From Octopus sinensis (taxonomy: Eukaryota), in contig NC_042998.1 of NCBI RefSeq assembly GCF_006345805.1, positions 149,854,001 through 149,918,000 of the forward strand: a stretch of 64,000 nt of DNA, given 5' to 3'. Within the stretch, counting starts at the first letter, position 1; each line of letters opens with the position of its first letter. Shown here in pieces: positions 50,101 through 64,000 of this stretch. Below the pieces are notes generated by a model, which had not been told where the DNA came from, did no database searches, and saw only the letters and a list, made by a program, of their open reading frames with translations. Position numbers and translations under genes: made by a program.

Positions 50101-50699
50101 ATGTATATCCTCATCACCACAACTACTAGCGCCACCACAATCACCATCACCATCATCGTACACTTTTTCTTTGCCTTTGCATCGATCCTCTTTCTTTTCT
50201 TGTTTATATTTTTCAAACTTATAACATTTCTTTCCTTTTCATGTTATTCTATTTATTTATGGAGAAAAGGAGCCTTCCGTATGACACAACACACACCACA
50301 CGCACGCACGCACATGTATGTATATGTATATAGATATATGTAAGATATATCTGTATACATGTGTGTGTATTAATTTGTTAAAAGAGTTTCTTAAATAAAT
50401 AATTTTTAATTGTATCTAATTGTATTTTTTAAACATAACGTTCCTGCCATAGGGTCCTGGTCCTTTTTTTATCGATCCCGAAAAGATGAAAGGGAAAGTT
50501 AACCTCGGATGAAGTTGAACTCAGAGCGTGAAGACGAAATGCCGCTAAGAATGTGCCCTTTGTTGAGACTAGGTCAAAAGACGAGAGAACTTTTCACACA
50601 TTCGCTCACAGAAATAAGGTGGGACGCACAGAAGACTAAGTTGCCACACGTGTGACAGAGAAGATTACTGTGGGCAACTTTTCAACTTCATCTCGTTTC

Positions 50700-51520
50700 G
50701 ACATAAGAAGCAAAAATATTATCGATCCCATTAAAAAATAACTTCCACAGCAGGAATATTACAAACTAGTTTACGAAAAAAAAATGCAGCTAATGTTCCA
50801 ACAAACGACTTCTAACTCACCTTCAGACAACTCAAAAGCTATTGAAAATGTCTGAAGCATAACACCTCCACTAAAATTAAATTACCTAAGATGTAGTAAT
50901 AGAAACCAAAAACTTATCTATATTATACATCGGCCTTACATCTAAACTATTCAAATTTCGACACGCTTAACATATACATACGTTCCACAATGAAAAGTAG
51001 GTCATTACATTTCTGTCTATAAATTTACGCTTCATCCAAATGTAAATTATGTATTATTTGATTCCCTGTCTGAAGAATTACCAGTGAGAGATATCTTACA
51101 TGTTGTTTATTACTTGTACAATTTTGTCACTCTTATTAGCAAATAACCCATGTAAAATTATGAATAAATAAAACTGTCCCAATCGCCTGTTTTTAATATT
51201 ATTAGTACTCTGCAGAAAATAGCCATTCGAAGGTTTTCCTAAAGGATATACCGTTACTTACAAAACCTGAATATATGGAATTGGTAATATGCAGAAAAAG
51301 TTAATTTATTATGCATATACGATAGAAAACATATTTCTTTGACGAAAGCTCAAACATGGATGATAAGATGGAATATTCTACCTGCTTTTCTTCCTATATA
51401 TAAACTCTCGGTCAAATATGTATTATTCGATATCCCGTCTGAAGAATTTCTAATAGGGGATATCTTAACTGTTTTCTATTTCATGTACAATTTTGTGACG
51501 CCTGTTAGCAAATGACACAC
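50700..51520 (+). mobile_element. Highly decayed PLE remnant (GIY-YIG) with duplicated 3' segment
   Basis: LYIGLTSKLFKFRHA*HIHTF near 50923-50990; imperfect direct repeat tatgtattatt.gat..c.gtctgaagaatt...tgtacaattttgt at ~51047 and ~51417. Confidence 0.5.
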
Positions 51521-51750
51521 TCCTATTTTGATATCTGTGCATATATATATATATACAAATACGAGTGTGTGTGTGTGTAAATATCAAGGAATGGAAATGC
51601 GTGTTCACCACCGCATCAGTGGATAAGGATTTAAAAATGTTATCATTGGCTTCATATTAAGAACACCAACATGTGATCAGCTTGAAGAATTGCTGAAATA
51701 TTTTCTTAACATGAAAATAATGGCAGCCTTATACACAAATAAAGTATATA

Positions 51751-51782
<32 letters not shown>

Positions 51783-52052
51783 GATGATGATGATGATCAG
51801 GTTCTTGACTGAAGATAAAAGGCTTCGAATGACCCGTCTGTTTTTTGTATCGTCTATCTGGGTGTTTTGTTGTCCCCTTTTGTATTTTATTACACACACA
51901 CACGACACACACACACACCTACATACACACAAATACACACAAACACACACACACACACATACACACACACACACCACACACACACACACATATATATATA
52001 TGTGTGTGGTGTGTGTGTGTATAATATACATATATATATATATATATATACG

Positions 52053-52264
52053 CTTTTACTTGTTTCAGTAATTTGACAGCCGCCATGGTGGAGCACCGCC
52101 TTTTGTCGAGCAAATGGACCCCAGGACTTATTGTTTGTAAGCCTAGTACTTATTCTATCGCTCTCTTTTGCCGAACCTTTAAGTTACGGGGACGTGAACA
52201 CACCAGCATAGATTGTCAAGCGATGTTGGGGGACAAACACAGACACACAAACACATACACACAC

Positions 52265-52296
<32 letters not shown>

Positions 52297-52451
52297 CGAC
52301 CGGCTTCTTTCAGTTTCCGTCTGCCAAATCCACTCACAAGGCTTTGGTCGTCCCAACGCTATAGTAGAAGACACTTGCTCAAGTTACCGCGCAGTGGAAC
52401 TGAACACGGAACTATGTGGTTGGTAAGAAAGCTACTTACCACACAGCCACT
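52053..52451 (-). mobile_element. Near full-length SINE family A
   Basis: Colinear with 1943-2473. Confidence 0.88.
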
Positions 52452-53059
52452 ACCAAAACTTGCCCCTCCGCCTCAGTTCATACTGAATATTACACCCAAA
52501 GCAAAATTAATTTTTACTCCATTTAAATAAATCTTAGACATTTCCTCTGAAATATATATTCTATATAGACATGTAACTTAATGTTTTACTTCCTGTTGTA
52601 ACCTAACGCTTGGTACTAAATCAGCCAGCGCTAAGTATTTAACATATTTATATACTTTTCCATACACCCATTTCAATTTCACATCACAACACATATTTAC
52701 TTTTACTGTCATTTATTGCGTACTCCTTTAATATTGTATAAAGTCCGTGTGTATTTACACATGTATATATAACTGTAAGATGTTGTAGTGCATGTCAAAG
52801 TACGTATTTAATGTGTGTGCATATGTGCTTGCTTGTTTATATATGTCTATGCACATAGATTTATGAGTCTGTATGCAAACATATGTGTGTTTGAGTGAGT
52901 ATTCATTTATGTACAAATCACGTTTTAATCGCCTTCTAATTTCCCCTTAATTATCCCCTATAAATATTACACTCAAATTTACTCCTACACTAAGAAAAAC
53001 TGAGTCACTTCATTTGTTCATCCTACCATTTCGTCTCATATTGTATCTCCGTTTCTATT

Positions 53060-53095
<36 letters not shown>

Positions 53096-53112
53096 CTGTC
53101 TCTGTCTCTCTC

Positions 53113-53143
<31 letters not shown>

Positions 53144-53503
53144 TTTATCTACCTGTCTGTTACATGTTTATCAATCAATCAATCAGTCAGTCAGTTACTC
53201 GGTGAAATTTGAACTCCGAACGTCATGACTTAGAAAATTCCACTCAACATTTTGTGCGAGACACTAAAGATTCTGGCAATTCGCCACATTTAAAAGTAAT
53301 AATAATAGAGCAAAACAATTCAAGCAGAACAGACAGTTTGAAGCAAATCAGGAAAAGACTGTTTCGGGAACAATGACACCGGATGCATTGGCAAGCAGGG
53401 AATTCTGGGGAGGAATCTGCATGAAATCCAAGATAGGTTAAGAAATATAGAAGGCCAAGACAACAAATAAATAACTACAGAATTTTTTTATAAAAAGTAA
53501 TTA

Positions 53504-53912
53504 AGGAGAGGCTGTGTGGTAAGTAGCTTGTTTACCAACCACATGGTTCCGGGTTCAGTCCCACTGCGTGGCACCTTGGGCAAGTTTCTTCTACTATAGC
53601 CTCGGGCCGACCAAAGCCTTAAGAGTGGATTTGGTAGACGGAAACTGAAAGAAGCCCGTCGTATATATGTATATATATATATGTGTGTGTGTATTCGTGT
53701 GTCTGTGTTTGTCCCCCTAGCATTGCTTGACAACCGATGCTGGTGTGTTTATGTCCCCGTTACTTAGCGGTTCGGCAAAAGAGAGCGATAGAATAAGTAC
53801 TGGGCTTCCAAAAGAATACGTCCTGAGGTCGAGTTGCTCGATTAAAGGCGGTGTTCCAGCATGGCCGCAGTCAAATGACTGAAACAAGTAAAAGAGTAAA
53901 GAGTAAAGAGTA
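53504..53912 (+). mobile_element. Full-length SINE family A with (AAAGAGT)n tail
   Basis: ggctgtgtggtaag..gggttcagtccc..ggcaccttgggcaag..gactgaaacaagtaaaagagtaaagagt. Confidence 0.9.
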
Positions 53913-53914
53913 AG

Positions 53915-54510
53915 AAAATTCCCAAATTGGAAGAGCCCAGTGCCGGATAAGGTCCAAGCGTGAGGAATAGCACAACAGCTAGATGAGTGGTTGCAAGAAG
54001 GCGCAGTACCCCGCTGGATGACAAAGGGAAAGACATTATGTGCTAAGGAGCCTGAAAAGGGTAATACAGCACCTAACTTTCGACCAATAATGTTTCTTCC
54101 GCTAATGTGGAAACTATTGTCAGGTGCTTTGGCCGGTGAACTGTATAGAAACTTAGAAAAAAGTGGGTTGCTACTTATTGAACTGATAGGGTACCGAAAG
54201 GGAAACAGGGGAACAAAAGACCTGCTGTTAATTGATAATCTAATTATCTGAAACTCCAAGAGAAGACACACAAACCTGAGCCTCGCACGGATTAACTTTC
54301 GTAAAGCATACGATATGATACCACAGTCTTGGATAATAAGAATAATGGAGTAGCAGAGAACACGACAATCCTTATATGGAACAGTATGAAATATTGAAGA
54401 ACTGAATTGACAGCAGGGAATCCGGTATAGGTAAGGTGAAAATCAAGAGAGGAATCTTCCAGAGGGATAATGTAACCCCACTGATCTTTGTGCTGGGAAT
54501 GAGCCCCTTC
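53915..54510 (+). pseudogene. R4/Dong-like RT fragment
   Basis: PNWKSP..PRWMTKGKT..NFRPIMFLPLMWKLLS..GTKDLLLID..FRKAYDMIP..IKRGIFQ. Confidence 0.85.
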
Positions 54511-54512
54511 CT

Positions 54513-54725
54513 CGAGCTGGCAGAATCGTGAGCACACCGGGGAAAATGCTTGGCGATATTTCGTCCGTTTTTACATTCTGAGTTCAAATTCCGCCGATGT
54601 TGAACTGGCCTTCATCCTTTCGGAGTCGATAAATTAAGTACCAGTGGAACACTAGGGTCGATGTAATTGACTAGTCCCCTCCCCCTAAAAATTTCAGGCT
54701 TTGTTCCTTTAGCAGAAAGGATTAT
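54513..54725 (+). mobile_element. SINE family B
   Basis: cgagctggcagaatcg..gagttcaaattccgcc..ccttcatcctttcggagtcgataaattaagtaccag. Confidence 0.85.
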
Positions 54726-54739
54726 TATCATTATTCCTT

Positions 54740-55235
54740 CATAACACAGTGTAGGTAAAAATACATCTGAGTCTTTAGTCATCTGTCAAGTCACAAGGAC
54801 CTCGGACAGATAATACTTTTTGCAAGACATAAATCTTGCATGGGATTTCCAGTTGCCTTACGAAGTCTTGAAGTTTCAATAGGATTGAGCCTAACGCGCC
54901 CATCACCACTGGTATCACTTTTACATTACCCTCTCGCATTCCATACAGTCTTGCCATTCCTACTTTCAATTCGGAGTACTTGATGATTTGTTCAACCTCT
55001 TTACTCACAACATTCGTCATTAGATATGGCTACATCAATGATCTAACAGTATTTGTCTCTCTTATTCTATATGACAATATCCGGCCGACGGTGTTCGATT
55101 ACACGATCCGTTTGAAAATCATAGTCCAGAGTATCATTACTTTTGCATCCTCCTGCATAACTTTACTTGGTACATGCTTATACCAATTCTCTGTTACTTC
55201 ATATTGGTATTTACGGCATAAGAGCCATTGAAGAT
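54740..55235 (-). pseudogene. R4/Dong-like RLE C-terminal fragment
   Basis: WLLCRKY..NWYKHVP..ILW; KYSELK..VIPVVMGALGSI. Confidence 0.8.
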
Positions 55236-55243
55236 ACACACTT

Positions 55244-56053
55244 ATTATTATTATTATTCTATGTTTGACTTTTGCTTTATATTTGTACAAGTCGGCTCCA
55301 AGTCTCACCCAGAGACCTCAAGAGACAACAGGTTGGAAGTTCATGTTGTTGTTATGCCTAGTGTGCCATATATTTGGGGGGGGGGAGGAGTTGTTGGTGT
55401 TGTACTAATGAATCTCTAAAAAAAAAATATTTTAAAATTTAAAAAAAATAAAATAAAATAATCATTTTTTTTTTTCCTATTTTTTTAAAAAAAGAGTTAG
55501 GTAGCTATCAGCCCCTTTTGCTATCATTCCCAGGGCACCTATGACAACAGGTATTGTTTTAGTCTTCAGCTTCCACATTTTGCTGATTTCTATTTCAAGA
55601 TCTTTATATTTGCTCAGTTTTTGGTAGGTCTTGACAGATACGTTTATATCGATTGGGACAGTCATATCAATGAGGAGGCATGTTCTTTGTTTGAAGTCTT
55701 TCAATATGATGTCTGGCCTATTTGCATCTATCTTTCTGTCAGTTTGAATGGTGAAGTTCCAGAGGAGTGAGATGTGGTCATTTTCAAGCACTGGGGGTGG
55801 TTTGTGTTCCCACCAGTTTTTTTCATGGGGCAAATCCAGGTTTTTGCAGATTACCCAGTGAATATATTGTGCAGCTCTATCGTGTCTGTTGAGATACTCT
55901 GTAGGCGCTAGAAGACTGCACTTGGAGACCACATGGTCAATGGTTTCATTTTGTTGCTGGCATACACGACACGTTGGACTGCTTCTGATCTTTAATATGT
56001 TGGCCTGGTAGTTTCTTGTTAGTAGGCATTGATCTTGAGCTGCTATGATAAAC

Positions 56054-56055
<2 letters not shown>
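55244..56055 (-). mobile_element. R4/Dong-like LINE 3' end (CCHC and RLE) flanked by (TAA)n
   Basis: AAQDQCL..CRVC..ETIDHVVSKC..YLNRHD..LWNFTIQTDRKIDANRPDI..IDMTVP..KLSKYKDL..PVVIGALG. Confidence 0.9.
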
Positions 56056-57272
<1,217 letters not shown>

Positions 57273-57274
57273 CA

Positions 57275-59065
57275 CACTACAGATTAGACTGTTGAAAAAG
57301 AAAAAAAACCATAACATCGGGCTACAACAAGTAACTCTTCTAAGTATCCTAGCTGTCCCTAATAACACAGTTTTCTGGAGCTATACTAAATTGGGTTTTA
57401 TGCCTACTTCCTCTATCCATCTGTTCAGATATTTAGGGATTTTTCCCAATGCACCTATCACTGCTGTGATACGTTTTTTCCACACTTTCCATAGTCTCTA
57501 TAATCCAATAGCTAGGTCCTGGTACTTTCCTATTTTTTTCTGTATCTCTCATATTGATTTTTTTCATCAAATGGGATTTAAAGTCAATTATGTTATACTT
57601 TCTATTCTCTTTATCTACTACTGCTAAATCAGGCCTTCTAGCTTCCATTGATCTGTCAGTCTGAAAGTTAAAGTCCCACAACATCTTGTATTTCTTAATT
57701 TCTAGTATTTTACTAGGTTCATATTCATACCATTTATCAGTATGGTCAAATCCTAGCTTTCTACATAACTCACAGCGGATTACTCTCCCTAGATTGTCAG
57801 GTCTTTTCTTGTATTCTTTCTGTGCCAGCATGCTACATTCCCTTACTATATGAGTAACGCCTTCCTCTCTTGATTTGCATAACCTACACTGGGAAGCTAC
57901 GTAGGTCTTGTCTATCTTAGCTTTTATCCAATTAGTCCTTAAAGCTTGATCTTATGCAGCAACTGACAAACTTTCTGTCTCTCTTTTCAGCTTTCCTTTC
58001 TGCAACCATAAACATGTCTCACTACTATTATTTGCCGTAACTCTCTTTGGGAATCTACCATGCAACACTTTCTCCTGCCAGTCAGATAATGTCTGCTCTT
58101 TTTCTGGTTTTTAACTTCGTTTGGGTTTTTGTAATGCTGTGACTCTAGCAACTTTTAATTAACTTTCTTCACCATTACCTACAGAAGAGTCTATATCTAC
58201 TGTAGCTAACTTAACGCAGTCTTCTACTGATATTAACCCTCTTCCGCCTTTCTTTCTCGGTAGGTGTAATCTTGCTACTCCTGCACTTGGGTAGAGTCCT
58301 CTATTCATATTGAATTCCTTCCTATTTCTTCTGTCTAGCTTTGCTAATTCAGTTTTTGTCTAATCTACAAAAGCTGCTGAGTATCTAAGTAATGATTTTG
58401 CCCAAATATTTACAGCCTTCACTAGATTCGGACCATTTAGCATTGACTTCATTAGCTTCCTTACCCTTTGGATGTACTCCCCAATTTTTATTTTTGTTGT
58501 TATAGTTAGTATTCTGTTATAGTTAGTACTTAGATAATTACAACTCTCTCCTCCTTTCAATGATTTTAATATCTGGCCATCTGGTAATTGGATGCCTTCG
58601 CTGTTGACTAGCTGTCCTCTTCTCATGACTAATATTGCGCGCTTATCTATGCCAAATTCAATGCATATATCTTTGCTGAAGCGTCTTACAGTCTGTATTA
58701 AGGTATCTATCTATTTTTCAATGTTACTAAATGGCTTCAGGTCATCCATGTAGAGCAAATGGTTAATTTTTCCATCACTATTCCTGAACTGATACCCTGC
58801 GTTTGCCTTCCTTAATACTAAACTGAGGGGGATCAAACATAAGACAAATATTAAAGAGGATAACGAGTCCCCTTCGAAAATTCTCTCTCTTGATATTAAC
58901 TTTTCCTAAGGCTGTGTCACCTGAGTAGACATCTACTTTTCACTTTCTCATGCTAAAGGTAATTAATTCTCTCATGTTGTCTGCTATATTGAATATACTC
59001 AAACGTTCACTTACACATGAGTGTGAAATCATGTCATTGGCTTCCCTATAATCTATCCATGCTAT
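57275..59065 (-). mobile_element. 5'-truncated, degraded R4/Dong-like LINE (RT through RLE)
   Basis: AWIDY; FEGDSLS; INHLLYMDDLK; KAVNIWAKSLLRYSA; LHLPRKKGGRGL; CRLC; LWDFNFQTDRSMEARRPDLAVVD; LGTARILRRV. Confidence 0.9.
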
Positions 59066-59204
59066 TGTTGTTGTTATTATCATCATCATCATCATCATCA
59101 TCATTATTATTATTAAAGTGGTGAGCTGGCAGAATCGTTAGTACTCCGGGACAAGTGCTTGGCAGCAGTTCGTCCAACTTTTCTTTTTGAGTTCAAATTC
59201 AGAT

Positions 59205-59525
59205 ATGTAACTCTGGCAAAAATAGTTAGAAACGAATGACCCTACTCTACGTATGCACCTGTAGATTGAAGAGCAGGAGAGAGGGCTCGTACCTTTGGTG
59301 CTTAGGGTAGTCGTGGATGTGTGAGGTTCCTTGAAAAGCCCCTAGACGGAGTTTTTCCTGTATTAGGACCGCAGCATTAATGTTATAACGTAATTGGTAT
59401 ACTATTTATCCTTTCATCGCATTTCCATTTCTTTCTCCACATCTTTAATGTAAACCCCCACACTAATTATAGACTGTCGTTGTGATTTCCCCCTTATCTA
59501 TGTCCCTGCCGCTAATAAAAGACAT
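59205..59525 (+). mobile_element. 3' end of an L1/Tx1-like LINE with AATAAA and (CAT)n tail
   Basis: Short ORF end NDPTLRMHL-stop, pyrimidine-rich UTR, ttgtgatttcccc...taataaaagacatcatc; clade assignment is by recollection only. Confidence 0.45.
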
Positions 59526-59592
59526 CATCATCATCACCATCATCATCATAAGTAGTGGAAGTAGTAGTATAGTAGTAGTAGTAGTAGTAGTA

Positions 59593-59626
<34 letters not shown>

Positions 59627-60070
59627 TGCCATTGTTGTTGTAGCAGCAGCAGCAGCAGTAACTGCAGCAGAAATGTTACTCTAGCAGCAGCAGCAAGAGG
59701 ATGAGAAGGAGGGGGTAGAGCAGTTGTAGGTCATATTTTTGAAGAACTAAAGAGATGTCATTGATATGACGACGCCACTTAACCTTGTATGGAAATCTAA
59801 AAATGTCAGCCAGCACGTGCTTCCAACATTTCCTTTCCTACTTCAACTCGGGTCACCTTTTCAACAACGCTGCTATTTTGGCACACATAGTTTTGTCGTC
59901 GCTATTTCACAATAGGAAATACATTGGGGGAAAACCTATGTAGCATGTTGTTTACTGTTGACGTAAATGGCGTGTAAAGTCATTAATACCTACATATATA
60001 TTCATGTGTAAATGTATTTGTATATATGCATGCATATATATATAAATATATATATGTGCGTGTGTCTTTG

Positions 60071-60111
<41 letters not shown>

Positions 60112-60333
60112 GTAGACACCTAATTATTTTTACAAATCATTTACGTATATTTTGAAATTTCGGCTGTGTCGCTTTAATATATATATATATATATTGCATT
60201 ATGTAAATAATTTACATAAAAGCGCACACACTTATATATTTATACAGACATAGGCATAAACACAAACACAAACATACAAGCGTGTGCGAGCGCACAGACA
60301 CACGCATGTATATGATTATGCATACATATATAT

Positions 60334-60385
<52 letters not shown>

Positions 60386-61726
60386 GGTGTGTGTTTATGT
60401 GTGGTGTGTGTACACACATACAATTGAGTGAGAAGAATGTAGCACTGGAAATATTTGGTTAGAGTTGTATTTAATAATATCTTGCCACAGTACCGCATTT
60501 CTTAAATTCTCGTGGGCACAGAAATTCTCCAATCTCTCAGATGTCTGGAGTACGAATAAAGATAATTCAAAAGAGATTTTAAGGTGACTTCTAAGCATCT
60601 ACAGCGATTCTTATATCACATGCTTTACATGGTTGAGTAGAAAATATGTTGGTGTCAGGTAGTCGATATCTTGAAGGCTGGGACATTTTGTTGACGGTGG
60701 TTTTCATGATGAGAAATAACCAATTTTGTAAGACCATTGTACGAATGGAAACTGGCTAAGAGTGGGCTGGCCACAGTCATAATACGCTGAAAAAGAAATT
60801 ATACCAAATTGGAACAACATATCTTGCAGTTATACGTATATCAGTGAGGGCTAGTGTAGTATTAACAGACGCCTATGGTTTGAAGTTCATTAAAAGGACG
60901 TATATTTGGTGACAACAATATGACTGATGTTTTTCCCGATGGTGAATACCCAGAATGTAGCAGTATATTCAACTTCTCTTGGAAACAGAGCTGGAAATTT
61001 CAAACTCCAGATACGCAAGAAGGGGCATGTCATGGATCAAGTGATAATGGAGCAGTCATTTTACTGATCTGGAGTCTCCCGTTGACGCGGCACAGGCTGG
61101 TTGGGGTTTCCTACCCCTACACTATAAGGAGTACGTACTGCATAAATATGCCCTTAAAATCATAAGCTGTTATAATGTCTTGTGTTTAGTGATGCCCTCA
61201 GGTGGGTAAATGTAGTTCAATCGACCACAGCTTCTGAGAAGCAGCCTTTCTTCTATGTTTTACTGAGCTTCTCCTTACATCATTAAACAGCATTTCTCTT
61301 TGCAGTCATTTCTACCAGCAGAGAAAAAGACTAAAATGTGGTCATGGCTACAAGGATGAACTTCAGCAATGCTAACTCGTTTATGTTGAAGCCCCATTCT
61401 TAATTAAACTTATGGTGGGATACATCGACGATTGAGTTGCTGCCTCTACCCTCAATTTCATCCAACTTACAACCAGCTGTGTATGTATATTTATATTAAA
61501 CCTGCTGTGTATGTATACATATATTACAACCTGGTGTGTATGTATATATGTATACATACGAATGTACGAACAGACAGGCAGACAAAAATATATGCACGAA
61601 AACGCAAATCTAAAGAATTATGCAAGCTGTTTTCTACTGACGAAATGGTGTTCTATACATTTGTCAATAATATATTGAATAAGCTGATGTTAACGACCAC
61701 GATGACAACGACAATGACGATGGTAT

Positions 61727-61773
<47 letters not shown>

Positions 61774-62221
61774 AGGAGGAGGACCACGTTGACGATGGTG
61801 ATGATGATGAGGAGGAGGGGGAAGAGGGGGAGGAGGAGGAGGAGGAGATCTACGACGTTAATGTGCATGGATGATATTTATTTGTACTATGAATAACAGT
61901 ACCCGTTATATGTTGATATCACAGTGTCTCAGTAAATGCGTCTATATAAATTTAGGAACTGGTTTTGTCTGGCAAATGACTTGCAATGAGTTGCTGTGCA
62001 ACTTTGTCAGTGACCAAGTCGCAGTTGGTGGGACGAAAATTTTGATACCAAATAATATGTGATTAAGAGAAGTGAACAGTCTTTGTGTATTTTTGATTCA
62101 CTACTAGGTGCCTTCTGTACTGTAATTACTGTTGCATATATAAAGGTTTGTCTGTATGAGTTTATGTATGAATATGTGAGTGTTTGTCAGTTTGTATATG
62201 TGTGTCTTTTTGTATGCATCC

Positions 62222-62600
62222 TTTGAAGCACTCCGTCGGTTCCGACGACGAGTGTTCCGGTTGATCCGAATCAACGGAACAGCCTGCTCGTGAAATTAAC
62301 GTGTAAGTGGCTGAGCACTCCACAGACACGTGCACCCTTAACGCAGTTCTCGGGGATATTCAGCATGACACAGAGAGTGACAAGGCCGGCCCTTTGAAAT
62401 ACAGGTACAACAGAAACAGGAAGTAAGAGTGAGAGAAAGTTGTGGTGAAAGAGTACAGCAGGGATCACCACCATCCCCTGCCGGAGCCTCGTGGAGCTTT
62501 AGGTGTTTTCGCTCAATAAACACTCACAACGCCCGGTCTGAGAATCGAAACCGCGATCCTACGACCGCGAGTCCGCTGCCCTAACCACTGGGCCATTGCG
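62222..62600 (-). mobile_element. tRNA-derived SINE family C, tail type 2
   Basis: Minus strand gcaatggcccagtggttagggcagcggactcgcggtcg..ggtttcgattc; head and body shared with 26370-26540. Confidence 0.88.
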
Positions 62601-63088
62601 TTTGTATGCATACTCCTCCTGTATGTACATTTTGGATGAGTAATTCATTAAAACTCTGATTCAGAGAAAATAATTGTTTCAGGTCAAGTTAACTCTGCAA
62701 GAAATTTCAGAATGTTTTGAATTTTCGGGCTAAATTTCAAAATGTAGTATTTTTGGCGACTTTGAAGGTTTAGATTATTTGCTGTCCAAGAATAAAGAAG
62801 TTTTTATTTGTTTTTTGCTTTTCACTTGATATAAGCTGTCGCGGGACTGTTGAACGATATATGATTGTAATATACCCCTTGGAGAATTTTTTCGCGGTTT
62901 CTGTTGTTAGAAGTGGCGAAGATTTGACGCCACCGTGTGTCGCTGTTGCATGTAGATGACGCCCGTTTGCAGAAAGTTAAGGAGTACTCGAAATGAAAGC
63001 AAGTAATTTGTTAAAGCATTGGAAGAAGAGCACGGAGTTCGTTACTAAAACTTGGGATGCAACAGAGTGACAGAGAGGGAAAGAGAGT

Positions 63089-63141
<53 letters not shown>

Positions 63142-63839
63142 TGGTGTACACTACAATTTTGCAGTCTGACAAGAAACTTCTGAACCAAGAGATGAGTAAC
63201 GGATAAACTCACAGTCGGGCGACATGAATACGGTAGCGAGTCCCTATATGAATATAAATGTGTGTGTGTGTGTGTGTATGTGTTTTGCCTGTGTGTTGTG
63301 TGCGTGCATGTGTGTGTGTGTGTGTGTGGTGTGCACGAAAGGAGAACGGAGAGAGTATATGTGTATGTATCTTTGGGCGGGACTATGAAGGCAGTTTTCG
63401 TTATGTGAGTACAGCAGCAGACATACAAGAAGCCAGACAATTTGTGTGTGTGACTCTGTGTGTGTGTGTGTTTGTGTGTGTTTATGTGTGCGTGTTAAAT
63501 AAACAATCTTTCTGAATATGTATCAATGTGGGTATGTTCTGTATATACTATACAGTGCATAGCATACTTCATATATCTCCTATCTCCATCTTTTAAATAC
63601 ATACACATGTACATATATATATATATATATATATACATATATATATTCGCACATGCATAAACGCACACAGATACACAAATATACATATATGTGTGTGTAT
63701 ATTTGTGTGTAGATATCAATGGGTGCGCTTGTGTTTGTGTGTGTGTATATATGTAGTCAATTTAATCAGAGAAAAAGTAGAAAAAGAAAAAAAAAACGCG
63801 AGGACGTAGCGCAGAAAACATATGTACATACATACATAT

Positions 63840-63978
63840 ACTTAGCGGTTCGGCAAAAGAGATCCGATATGATAAATACTAGGCTTACAACGAATAAGTC
63901 CAGGGGCGATATGTTCGACTAAAGGCGATGTTCCAGCCTGCCCGCAGTCAAATGACTAAAACAAATAAAAGGATGAAA
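63840..63978 (+). mobile_element. 3' part of SINE family A
   Basis: cttagcggttcggcaaaagaga...ccgcagtcaaatgactaaaacaa. Confidence 0.75.
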
Positions 63979-64000
63979 GAATACACGCACACGCACACAC

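Noticed and set aside
60600-61450. Additional decayed RTE-like LINE on the minus strand
   Set aside because: Only faint similarity by eye; no diagnostic motif could be read with confidence

Overview
This is eukaryotic, AT-rich DNA saturated with microsatellites. The SINE, LINE and Penelope repertoire and the (TA)n/(CA)n/(TAT)n load look like a coleoid cephalopod, most likely Octopus; that is recognition, not a database result. No host protein-coding exon is confidently supported, and most ORFs in the track are translations of simple repeats. The window is a transposon field. It holds a full-length but frameshifted mariner (2731-4009), a near-complete Neptune-type Penelope-like element (PLE, 43471-47536, minus) and a second PLE with a CxC-type GIY-YIG domain (27690-30487). 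It also holds RTE-clade LINEs, one with a PHD-like finger inside its RT, a cluster of R4/Dong-like RLE LINEs in (TAA)n arrays, Helitron ends, Tc1/hAT MITEs and three tRNA-derived SINE families. Four observations stand out. (1) At least eight minimal hammerhead-ribozyme-like motifs occur, mostly in short non-coding, microsatellite-associated units that resemble retrozymes or PLE pseudo-LTRs; one ~630 bp fold-back carries a hammerhead on each strand. (2) An ORF1-only (HAL1-like) zinc-knuckle retroelement lies between Helitron 5' ends. (3) The RTE 3' UTR carries tandem putative H-type pseudoknots. (4) Two SINEs share a head but have different tails. Coordinates were read by eye and boundaries of degraded elements are approximate.
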